Below, piece by piece: positions 21,092 through 29,523 of a stretch of 64,000 nt of DNA. The DNA lies in the NCBI GenBank assembly GCA_965206985.1, contig CBDBLF010000022.1:197597-261596 (forward strand), written 5' to 3'. This DNA comes from Spirochaetota bacterium (GTDB taxonomy: Bacteria; Spirochaetota; Leptospiria; Turneriellales; CBDBES01). The notes under the pieces are model-generated. The model was not told the DNA's origin. It made no database searches and worked only from the letters and a program-made list of their open reading frames with translations. Both the position numbers and the translations under genes were made by a program. Positions within the stretch are counted from its first letter, which is position 1. Every line of letters starts with the position of its first letter.

Positions 21092-22912
21092 TTAAATTTT
21101 GTGTTGAACTCCTAAAAAAGTTAAAAATTCTTGAATTATTTTTCGCCCTTCTTCTTGGAGAGATTTTTTTGCTGTTTTCATTATTTCATTCGTCACATTT
21201 CCTTGATATTTCAAGCTCAAATAAACCTTAATTTTTGGCTCGGTACCAGAAGGGCGTATTGTAATCCGGCCTTCTGGTTGAAGCCATAACTGTAAAACAT
21301 TGGCCTCTGGCAGTTGCCTATAGAGCGTGCGACCTTTTTTTGTCACTGGTTCATCACCATTTTTAATCAACTTGTGATTGAGGTTGATATAGTCAATCAC
21401 TTCACGTAAAGCAAAATGTTTTCCTACAAAGAGATCAGACTTTAAAAAGTCAGTTTTTAGACGATCAATCAAAGGAATGCTGCTTGCATCTAAGCCAATA
21501 TTGTAGAGTTTTTCATGATATAGCCCAAACTCTACATATATATTATCCAACTCTTCTAATAAATCTTTTTGATTTGCCATTTCAGCGATGGCGACGGCAG
21601 AAGAGATTGAGTCTTTATCACGAATCCAATTCACTGGCAAGTAGCCAAATGATTCTTCACCTCCAAATAGGTAGTTTTTGGTATCTTTTTCTAAGACATT
21701 TGCAATATATTTAAAGCCTGTCAATGTCTCAACCGTACGAATTCCATAAGCATCAGCAATTTTTCTTTGTAGTTCGGTAGTAACAATTGTTTTACAAATA
21801 TATGGCTGGGACATTTTTGGTGTCAAATTTTCAGCCAACGATTTTAAAAGCAAACAGCCAATTTGGTTTCCTGTTAGAAAAACATAATGATCCTTTTTGT
21901 CCTCAGATTTTTGCAAAAAGTTAAGCCCAATGCGGTCTGCGTCGGGGTCAGTTGCAATCAGAATTTGAGCACCTTGGGAGCTTTCCTTAAGCCTATCAAA
22001 AGAACTTGGCTCTTCAGGATTTGGACTTTTAACCGTTGGGAAATTACCATCGGGTTCTGCTTGTTCTTTCAGAATAGAAAAATTTTTATAGCCAAGTGCT
22101 GCAAAAACTCTCTCAAAAACCCAACTTCCTGTTCCGTGCAGAGGCGAATATAATATAGAAACTTTTTTGTCTCCTGAGGCGACAAAACTTTCTTTCTGGA
22201 TGTGTTCGATATAATCAGATATTATCTCTTCTTCAATAATATCTTCTGCACTAGGCGGCATGTCTTTCCATTGGTGAATATCTTGAGATAATGACTTATA
22301 AGATGACTCCAGAAATTTTTTCTGAATTATTTTATCGTGAGGAGATATAATTTGAGCACCATTAGAACCCATCAATTTATACCCGTTGTATTTAGGTGGA
22401 TTATGTGAAGCTGTTAAGATAATGCCCGCTCCCGCTTGTAGTTTCCGTACAGCAAAAGATACCATAGGCGTCGGCGTCGGCCGTTTAAAAATTTTTACGT
22501 CGCACTGTTCTTGCTTCATAAGGTGATAGACCAGAGAAGCAAACATTGTTGAAGTATTTCTTGAGTCACAACCCAATACAACCTTGTTATTTTCTGAAGA
22601 GCCTTTGTTTGATGTTAACCAGGCAAGTACGCACAGACTTAATTTTGCAATATTATAGATATTCAGGCGGTTCGTTCCAAGTTCAACAATTTGACGCATA
22701 CCTCCTGTTCCAAAAGATAAATAATCTGAGAATCTGTCGGTTTCGAGGAGATATTTTTTGTTGCTCTTGAGGTAATTGCGTTCTTCTAACGTCAGAGGGG
22801 CTTCTAAAAACTTATTAAAGCATTTCTCTTTCAAAACAGACGCCACTATAGTGAGGTGCCATGGGTTATTGAGCAGTTTATTTGGAAAGTTTAAAAAAAT
22901 TAAATATAACAA
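21092..22912 (-). CDS. Phosphoglucomutase/phosphomannomutase
   Basis: FGTGGMR, TASHNPPKYNGYK, DPDADR, GGEESFGYL, IRPSGTEPKIK. Confidence 0.95.
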   Translation of the reverse strand: MLYLIFLNFPNKLLNNPWHLTIVASVLKEKCFNKFLEAPLTLEERNYLKSNKKYLLETDRFSDYLSFGTGGMRQIVELGTNRLNIYNIAKLSLCVLAWLTSNKGSSENNKVVLGCDSRNTSTMFASLVYHLMKQEQCDVKIFKRPTPTPMVSFAVRKLQAGAGIILTASHNPPKYNGYKLMGSNGAQIISPHDKIIQKKFLESSYKSLSQDIHQWKDMPPSAEDIIEEEIISDYIEHIQKESFVASGDKKVSILYSPLHGTGSWVFERVFAALGYKNFSILKEQAEPDGNFPTVKSPNPEEPSSFDRLKESSQGAQILIATDPDADRIGLNFLQKSEDKKDHYVFLTGNQIGCLLLKSLAENLTPKMSQPYICKTIVTTELQRKIADAYGIRTVETLTGFKYIANVLEKDTKNYLFGGEESFGYLPVNWIRDKDSISSAVAIAEMANQKDLLEELDNIYVEFGLYHEKLYNIGLDASSIPLIDRLKTDFLKSDLFVGKHFALREVIDYINLNHKLIKNGDEPVTKKGRTLYRQLPEANVLQLWLQPEGRITIRPSGTEPKIKVYLSLKYQGNVTNEIMKTAKKSLQEEGRKIIQEFLTFLGVQHKI

Positions 22913-23138
22913 TATTGAACTTCTTTTATAAATTTAAATCTCATGGATCAATGCATTTAAAAATGTTGCCATACCCTTTTATTTTTCTACACCAAAAATT
23001 AAAAATACTTCCATTTTTGTCCATCTGATTTTAAGATGGTCTTCTGATTTATGTTCTGATCAAAGTGGAGGAGATTTTTTTAAATATTCTGCACGGGGTG
23101 GTGAATTTTGAAAAAAAAACAAAAAAGTGTAGTGATTA

Positions 23139-23522
23139 TTGATGATGAGTGTTCCTAAAGAAAAACAAATTTCTTCGTCAGATGCCTTTGAAAAAATGAA
23201 AAAAGAAGGAGCTATGTATCTTGACGTCAGAACAAAAGAAGAATTTTCTCAGGGTAGCCCAAGTGCTTCTATTAATGTGCCGGTTATGAACAATGTAGAC
23301 GGCAATATGATTCCCAATGAGAACTTTATAGACCAAGTGAGAGAAAAACTATCTCTTGAGCAAATAATTTTTGTGGGTTGTAAAACAGGCGGTCGCTCTC
23401 AAAAAGCTTGCAAACTACTCTTAGAAGCGGGTTTTAAAGATGTATCTAACGTCATTGGAGGGTTCATGGGCACTCCCTATACTCCCGGCTGGTCTTCTTT
23501 AAACTTACCTGTTCAACGCTAG
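23139..23522 (+). CDS. Rhodanese-like sulfurtransferase
   Basis: LDVRT.EEF, active-site loop CKTGGRS, NVIGG. Confidence 0.9.
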   Translation: MMMSVPKEKQISSSDAFEKMKKEGAMYLDVRTKEEFSQGSPSASINVPVMNNVDGNMIPNENFIDQVREKLSLEQIIFVGCKTGGRSQKACKLLLEAGFKDVSNVIGGFMGTPYTPGWSSLNLPVQR

Positions 23523-23545
23523 ATTTTCCCCAGTGCTGGGGGCGT

Positions 23546-25357
23546 ATGCTCAAACCAACCATTCCTTTGTCTGACCCTACTTGTGTGATACACGATGCAG
23601 ACTCCCAAACTTGGTGGTTATTTGAAAATTTAATTAATCTTTACACAACTCACCATTATGAAGAGGTGATTCCGCTTCTCTTAAAAATTGAGGAGGATAC
23701 TTTCTCAAAGAGACATTATGCCGCTGGTTTCCTTTCTTTTGATGCCTCGCCCGCGTTTGACTCATCTTTGGATGTCCAGCACTCTTCTGATTTTCCCCTT
23801 TTGTGGTTTGGTATCTATTCAAATGTCTCAGTTTTTTCTTATCGTAACAATGATCACATAAAATATCTGCAAGCAAGTCACCCCTTTCATTGGAAACCTT
23901 CTATTTCAAAAAATGAATATAAACGAAGCCTAAAAAAAATTCAAACGTATATTAAACAAGGTGATATTTATCAGGTAAATTATACCTTTTTTTTAAAAAA
24001 TAAATATACCACGGCATTCTCAAGTGCCTCTCTTGGGGCTTGTCTAACGAGTGAGCTTGACCAATATCCATACTCGGCGGGAATTTTTACCAAAGACTGG
24101 GATATTTATTCTGCCTCTCCTGAACTTTTTTTTAAAAAGAATGGCCAACATATTGTATCGAAGCCAATGAAAGGAACCCAGTCTCGCGGACTTTGGTTTG
24201 AGCAAGATGAAGCCTTCAGGAACACCCTGCAAACTTCAGAAAAACAAAGGGCAGAAAACCTTATGATTGTTGATATGGTACGTAACGACCTCGGCAAAAT
24301 AGCAGAATGGGGTACTGTCAAGGTCGACCATCTTTTTGAACTCGACAGATATCCAAATCAATGGCAGATGACCAGCGAAGTGAGTTGTGTGAGTAAAGCA
24401 AGGTTGGTGGATATCTTCAAGGCAATGTTTCCAGCGGCTTCCATTACGGGCACTCCTAAAACAAGAGCGGTGGAGATCATCAAGTCTACAGAGAAATGCC
24501 CTAGGGGGCTTTATACTGGTTCCATTGGTTTTGTATTGCCCGACAACAGGGCCCAGTTTAATGTTGTAATCCGCACCCTCCTTGTCAATAAAAAAAATAA
24601 AACAATGGAATATGGCACGGGAAGCGGTGTTGTATGGGATTCCTCTACACAAACGGAATGGGAAGAATGTTTTAATAAAACTCAGGTTTTAACGAAAAAG
24701 AAAAAATATTTTCAACTTCTAGAGAGTATCCTATGGGAGCCTAAAAGTGGCTTTTTTTTACTTGATGCTCATCTTGAACGTGTTTTAAATTCAGCGAAAT
24801 ATTTTTTGATTGATATTCTTTCCCAAAGTATTTTGAAAAAATTGGATGAATACGTGAAAAATATAAATATAGAATCGAAGGTTCGTCTTCTTATTACCCA
24901 TGAAGGAAAAATTTGCATAACTCATTCTCCAACCTCCATTTTAAAAAAAGTAGATTATGTTGGTTTTGCAAAAGAACCAATGAATGCCAAAAATATATTT
25001 TTATATCATAAGACGACCCAACGAGAAGTCTATGAAAAAGAACTTGTCGAGTCTAGAAAAGTTGATGATCTTATTTTTTGGAACAAAAAAGGTGAGATTA
25101 CTGAATCAAGCATAGGAAATATCGCCGTCAAAATAAATGGGGAGCTAGTTACTCCACCTATATCCTGTGGCTTGCTTCCCGGTGTATACCGGGCAAAATT
25201 ACTCAAAGAAGGTATTTTGAAAGAAAAAATAATTAGTAAGCAAGAACTCCTTACCCGTATTCATCATAATAGAGTGGGTGAAAATGGAAACGAAACCCTT
25301 TATTTACTCAACTCCGTTCGGAAATTGTGGGAGGTCAAGGTATGTACAAATAGATGA
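23546..25357 (+). CDS. pabB: Fused aminodeoxychorismate synthase component I / ADC lyase (PabB-PabC)
   Basis: GDIYQVN, SPELFF, KPMKGT, ENLMIVDMVRNDLG, SITGTPK; C-terminal aminotransferase class IV region (EITESSIGN, CGLLPGVYR). Confidence 0.92.
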   Translation: MLKPTIPLSDPTCVIHDADSQTWWLFENLINLYTTHHYEEVIPLLLKIEEDTFSKRHYAAGFLSFDASPAFDSSLDVQHSSDFPLLWFGIYSNVSVFSYRNNDHIKYLQASHPFHWKPSISKNEYKRSLKKIQTYIKQGDIYQVNYTFFLKNKYTTAFSSASLGACLTSELDQYPYSAGIFTKDWDIYSASPELFFKKNGQHIVSKPMKGTQSRGLWFEQDEAFRNTLQTSEKQRAENLMIVDMVRNDLGKIAEWGTVKVDHLFELDRYPNQWQMTSEVSCVSKARLVDIFKAMFPAASITGTPKTRAVEIIKSTEKCPRGLYTGSIGFVLPDNRAQFNVVIRTLLVNKKNKTMEYGTGSGVVWDSSTQTEWEECFNKTQVLTKKKKYFQLLESILWEPKSGFFLLDAHLERVLNSAKYFLIDILSQSILKKLDEYVKNINIESKVRLLITHEGKICITHSPTSILKKVDYVGFAKEPMNAKNIFLYHKTTQREVYEKELVESRKVDDLIFWNKKGEITESSIGNIAVKINGELVTPPISCGLLPGVYRAKLLKEGILKEKIISKQELLTRIHHNRVGENGNETLYLLNSVRKLWEVKVCTNR

Positions 25358-25370
25358 GCTAATATAAAGA

Positions 25371-27416
25371 CTAGTTATTTGTTGCTAAGTTAGCATATTT
25401 TTCTACAATTTCCATATTTTTACTCATGACTTCCATTAGATCATAATCTTTAGGAGTAAAAATGTACGCTAGCCCCATTTTCATCAGATCAGGAAAATCA
25501 GTTTCTGGTATGATTCCACCAACGATGACAGGAATTTTACCATTTGCTCCATAATAATCTAATTCTTTAAAAATGTGTTTGATAATTTCTTTGTGTGTGC
25601 CCGATAAAATAGAGAGACCAAGCAGGTCGGCATTCTCTTCGATTGCTGATTGCACAATCTCCTCGGGAGAAAGACGTATGCCCGTATAAACTACGTCAAA
25701 ACCGGCGTGTTTCGCTGCAACAGCAATCATTTCGGCACCATTGGAATGCCCATCAAGACCTGGCTTTCCTAAGACAAGGCGGGGCCTACGTGAATGTTTC
25801 TTGTGGAATTTTTTCGTTCGTTCCCTAACACTCTCTGTTTTATCTTCTTGTAGGTTCAATGATTGTCCTTCCACTCCAGTAACGGGTCGGTATTCTCCGA
25901 ATACCTTACGTAGGGTGTCTGCCCATTCGCCCGTGGTAACAAAAGCCTTCACACATTCTATAGAAAAAGGGAGGAGGTTTTTTGATGCTTGAGCGGCATG
26001 TTCAAGTGCGAGCAGTGTATCTTTGACTTTTTGAGCGTCTCTTTTCTTTTTAGTCTGTTCAAGTTGCTTGAGAGTTTCTTTTATCTGCTTGGTATCCACT
26101 TTGAATACTCCTCCGTCATCACCATCTAAAAGTGGGGAAGGCAAACCTTCTTTATAGAGGTTTCTACCAACAACGATTGTTTCTCCATTCATAATCTTGC
26201 TAATTCGCTCTGACTGAGAACGCACCAACTCAGATTTCATATATCCAGATTTAATTGCTTCAACGACACCACCCATATCAATAATTTTATCAATCTCATT
26301 TTGAGCTTGTCTTCTAAGTTCACTAACTTTTGACTCAATTACTCTTGAACCTTCAAAAATATCCGGGTATTCTAGTAAATCGGTTTCGTATGAAAGCACT
26401 TGCTGTAGTCGCAAGCTCCATTGTTGATCCCACGGCCTTGGTAGAGAAAGTGCTTCATTCCATGTAGGAAGCTGTAATGAACGACACCGAGCTTTTTTAG
26501 AGAGAGTCACGCCAAGAGATTGAATTAAAATACGCCAAGCATTATTTTCTGGTTGTTCTTCGGTGAGCCCTAGAGAGTTTACCTGCACTCCGTAACGGAA
26601 ACGTCGGTATTTTGGATTTTTTACGTGGTATCTCTCTTGGGTAATGCCATCCCAGAGTTCGACGAAGGCCCTCATCTTGCACATTTCTTCTACAAAACGC
26701 ATACCTGAATTTACAAAAAAAGAGATTCTTCCGACAGAGCGTTCAATCTCTTCATCGTTGAAACATCCTCTTTTTTTTATGAGATCAAGCGTCTGAATCG
26801 CCGTTGCTAATGCAAAAGATAGCTCTTGAGTGGGAGTTGCTCCGGCTTCTTGTAAATGATAAGAACATATATTCGATGGATTCCAATTTGGTAGAGAAGC
26901 AAGAGAATATTCATACATATCTACAATCAATTTAAAAGAAGCTTCCGGTGGAAAAATATAGGTACCTCTCGAAAGGTATTCTTTGACAAGGTCATTTTGG
27001 GTTGTTCCTCTTAGTTTAGCAATATCCAGACCACGCTCTTCAGCCAGAGAAACATAAAGAGCAAGTAGCCACATAGAAGTGCTGTTGATAGTCATTGACG
27101 TATTCATTTTTTCAAGCGGTATCTGATCAAACAAGACACGAAAGTCATCTAAACTATTGATAGGCACTCCTACTTTGCCCACTTCTGGCAGGGCGATGGG
27201 GTGGTCTGAGCTATAACCACATTGAGTTGGTAAATCAAAAGCGATGGAGAGCCCGGTTTGACCTTTTGATAGGTTGTTTCGAAACAATGTATTTGTGGCT
27301 TTTGGGTTGGTGTGCCCGCCATAGGTACGAAATATCCATGGCTTATCTTGGGTTATCTCCCCCTCTCTATTGAGAAGAAGGTGGGATGCTTGTGCAGATG
27401 CTTCTCTCGAGACCAT
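25371..27416 (-). CDS. meaA: B12-dependent acyl-CoA mutase of the MeaA/ethylmalonyl-CoA mutase type
   Basis: PWIFRTYGGH, GQTGLSIAFDLPTQCGY, NICSYHLQEAGATP, C-terminal cobalamin motif KPGLDGHSNGA. Confidence 0.88.
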   Translation of the reverse strand: MVSREASAQASHLLLNREGEITQDKPWIFRTYGGHTNPKATNTLFRNNLSKGQTGLSIAFDLPTQCGYSSDHPIALPEVGKVGVPINSLDDFRVLFDQIPLEKMNTSMTINSTSMWLLALYVSLAEERGLDIAKLRGTTQNDLVKEYLSRGTYIFPPEASFKLIVDMYEYSLASLPNWNPSNICSYHLQEAGATPTQELSFALATAIQTLDLIKKRGCFNDEEIERSVGRISFFVNSGMRFVEEMCKMRAFVELWDGITQERYHVKNPKYRRFRYGVQVNSLGLTEEQPENNAWRILIQSLGVTLSKKARCRSLQLPTWNEALSLPRPWDQQWSLRLQQVLSYETDLLEYPDIFEGSRVIESKVSELRRQAQNEIDKIIDMGGVVEAIKSGYMKSELVRSQSERISKIMNGETIVVGRNLYKEGLPSPLLDGDDGGVFKVDTKQIKETLKQLEQTKKKRDAQKVKDTLLALEHAAQASKNLLPFSIECVKAFVTTGEWADTLRKVFGEYRPVTGVEGQSLNLQEDKTESVRERTKKFHKKHSRRPRLVLGKPGLDGHSNGAEMIAVAAKHAGFDVVYTGIRLSPEEIVQSAIEENADLLGLSILSGTHKEIIKHIFKELDYYGANGKIPVIVGGIIPETDFPDLMKMGLAYIFTPKDYDLMEVMSKNMEIVEKYANLATNN

Positions 27417-27423
27417 TTGCTAA

Positions 27424-27777
27424 CTATGGACTCTTCTTTTGCTTTCTTACTTCTTCCTTGACTACTTTTTTAGCAAAGTCTTTGGCAAATTGAAGGATCA
27501 TGTTTGCAATTTCCTCGTCTTTTGTTGCTGTTTTATAAGTTTCTGACATCCTCACAAAAGCATCGCAGAAGAAGTTGTTCATTTCTCCAATTTGGGTATT
27601 TTCTGTCCATAGATCGATACCAAGAGATTCTTTTTTTTCGCTATCCCACATGGAAATCATAATTGCTTTTACATCCTTTTCTTCTCCATGCGAAGCATCC
27701 GTAGCTGACCATCGAATTTCAATAGGCACATTTTCATCATTTAGTTTTACATTAAAGTTAATATTGGCATCTTTCAT
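27424..27777 (-). CDS. GldC-like protein
   Basis: Recognised pattern F.VKL.DENVP..I.WSA.D...KAIMIS.WD....E.L.IDLWT; from recall, no search run. Confidence 0.7.
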   Translation of the reverse strand: MKDANINFNVKLNDENVPIEIRWSATDASHGEEKDVKAIMISMWDSEKKESLGIDLWTENTQIGEMNNFFCDAFVRMSETYKTATKDEEIANMILQFAKDFAKKVVKEEVRKQKKSP

Positions 27778-27919
27778 TTGGGTAGTCTGATTTATTCTGA
27801 TAAGACCTGTCTAGCAAAAAATTTCTTTTATTAGAAAAGAAGCTGTCAAGCCCTCCTACAGTCTACAGCTAAGATATCATCTTAGCTTTTTAGCACTTAC
27901 CCGATCAACAAAAAAAAAG

Positions 27920-28143
27920 AAACTGGAAAACGCAGTTTTAGCAACTTTGTACCTGAATGAGGGTGAATACCCAAAAATTATTGTCAATCAAAAGACCATC
28001 CAAATAGATAGAGGTTTTCAGTTGCACATGAGATGGGTCACCTCTTTTGGAGAATGGGTTCAGCACCCATACCCATAACAGAAGGAGCAACAGCTGTTCC
28101 ACGTACTTATCTAAAAATAAAAACGTTCAAATTTAGGGCTTAG
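27920..28143 (+). pseudogene. ImmA/IrrE (M78)-like metallopeptidase remnant
   Basis: Reconstruction LENAVLATLYLNEGEYPKIIVNQ[fs]KDHPNR*RFSVAHEMGHLFW needs one 1-bp insertion and passes one TAG; AHEMGH at 28024-28041. Confidence 0.6.
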
Positions 28144-28154
28144 CATATAACCAC

Positions 28155-29252
28155 TTAGGGATGGAGAATAGGATTGTACCCCCCTACGACCATTGGCATC
28201 TTTTGAAATAAATAGTCCAGTCGAAACGGTGGTAAATTTAATATTTGTTTGTCAATAGTTGTGCTTTCCTCTCGGATCAGCTGCCAGGGCGATTTATTCT
28301 CTTTGTAAGAATTTTTTCTTATTGAATTGAACATCAATAGATAGGAGCCAGCTTTGTTGAGAAAGTCTTCTCTTGAATTATACGTTTCATTCAGGTAAAG
28401 GTGATCCTCAATCAATCTATGAGTCGTTTCAACATCAGACTGCCAAGTATGCGCTCCAGCAGGGATCGTCTGGTGTGGCACACCATAACTGGCTAATACT
28501 TTTGTAAACTCCGAATCTCCTTTTTTATTCCAAGCACCAATAAACTCTGAGCCATTATCTGTTTGCCCTCTCGTATTATTTTTCTTTAAATCAACCCCTG
28601 ATTTTACAAGATGATCTAAAATTACCTCCATAAACAGACAAGAGTATGCCATATTATACTCATCTGCAAAAGCTAGAAATTGTAAGCCAGAAAAAACTTC
28701 TCTGAAGGTATATTGATATTTCGGTACAATATTTTCCTGAATATAAGGCCAAAGCTCAGGAATATCGTATAAATGCTTCGTATCTACGTCAAATTGCTTA
28801 AATAAACCCCATAATTTCTTAATTTCACGCAAATTTTGCTTCGTTTTATGTTTTCTACGCTTTTTTTTCAAGAGTGCTTGCTCCCTCCACGCTCTGCGAA
28901 TGGCCTTGACACTCAAGTCTAGTTGGTAAACATTCTTCAGTTCCTGAGCACCAAAGCCTCGACGTTTCTTTTTAAGAAAGCAAACATAAGCCTTTTCAAA
29001 GTCTGTGATTGCATGTGGTGAGTAGTGTGGAGCGTGGCTCTTGTCTTCCAAGCCAACGTATTTCTCTGATTCAAACCTACGAAACCACTTTTTTACTGTT
29101 TTTACAGTCGTTTTAAACATTCTGGCTGTTGGCTTGAAACCATGCTTCTTGGCATAATGAACCATTTGCATTCTGTATAACTTTTTGTCTTTACTATTTC
29201 GCATTACTGCCGAATACCTGTTTAGACAAATAACCTGAGAAGGGTGCTTCAT
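28155..29252 (-). CDS. IS481-like DDE transposase
   Basis: N-terminal HTH, DVDTKHL, QTDNGSEF, VETTH; same protein as the copy at 37710. Confidence 0.92.
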   Translation of the reverse strand: MKHPSQVICLNRYSAVMRNSKDKKLYRMQMVHYAKKHGFKPTARMFKTTVKTVKKWFRRFESEKYVGLEDKSHAPHYSPHAITDFEKAYVCFLKKKRRGFGAQELKNVYQLDLSVKAIRRAWREQALLKKKRRKHKTKQNLREIKKLWGLFKQFDVDTKHLYDIPELWPYIQENIVPKYQYTFREVFSGLQFLAFADEYNMAYSCLFMEVILDHLVKSGVDLKKNNTRGQTDNGSEFIGAWNKKGDSEFTKVLASYGVPHQTIPAGAHTWQSDVETTHRLIEDHLYLNETYNSREDFLNKAGSYLLMFNSIRKNSYKENKSPWQLIREESTTIDKQILNLPPFRLDYLFQKMPMVVGGYNPILHP

Positions 29253-29434
29253 TAGGAACCTCTGTTTTATTTGATGATTTAACGTCGGCCTTTTGATGCA
29301 CCTTTTTTAGGAAAATGTCTTTCACTTGCTCTACCAGTAAACCCAAGCCTTTTGAACCAAATAACTTGATTTGAACCAATTCTGAACCAACTAATGATGG
29401 TCGTAGGGGGGTACTATCATCCTTCTCTCTCCCA
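28157..29434 (-). mobile_element. IS481/IS1202-like insertion sequence, copy 1 (1278 bp)
   Basis: Imperfect terminal IRs sharing GTACCCCCCTACGACCA; 15-bp TSD AGCATATAACCACTT at 28142-28156 and 29435-29449. Confidence 0.93.
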
Positions 29435-29453
29435 AGCATATAACCACTTTTTG

Positions 29454-29481
29454 TTGACTTTCTGTACCGTTACTGTACAGT
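29454..29481 (+). promoter_or_regulatory. Putative sigma70 promoter of GLUG gene 1
   Basis: TTGACT-16 bp-TACAGT; same hexamers and spacing precede genes 2 and 3. Confidence 0.5.
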
Positions 29482-29523
29482 GGTTCTGGGTGGCTTTCTA
29501 AGCTAGCCCAGAAGGGGTTTATT

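Noticed and set aside
29194-29439. Small ORFs at the IS481-like left end (also 37583-37768, 55622-55807) and antisense ORFs inside IS1 copies
   Set aside because: They recur only because the IS is repeated; no motif support.
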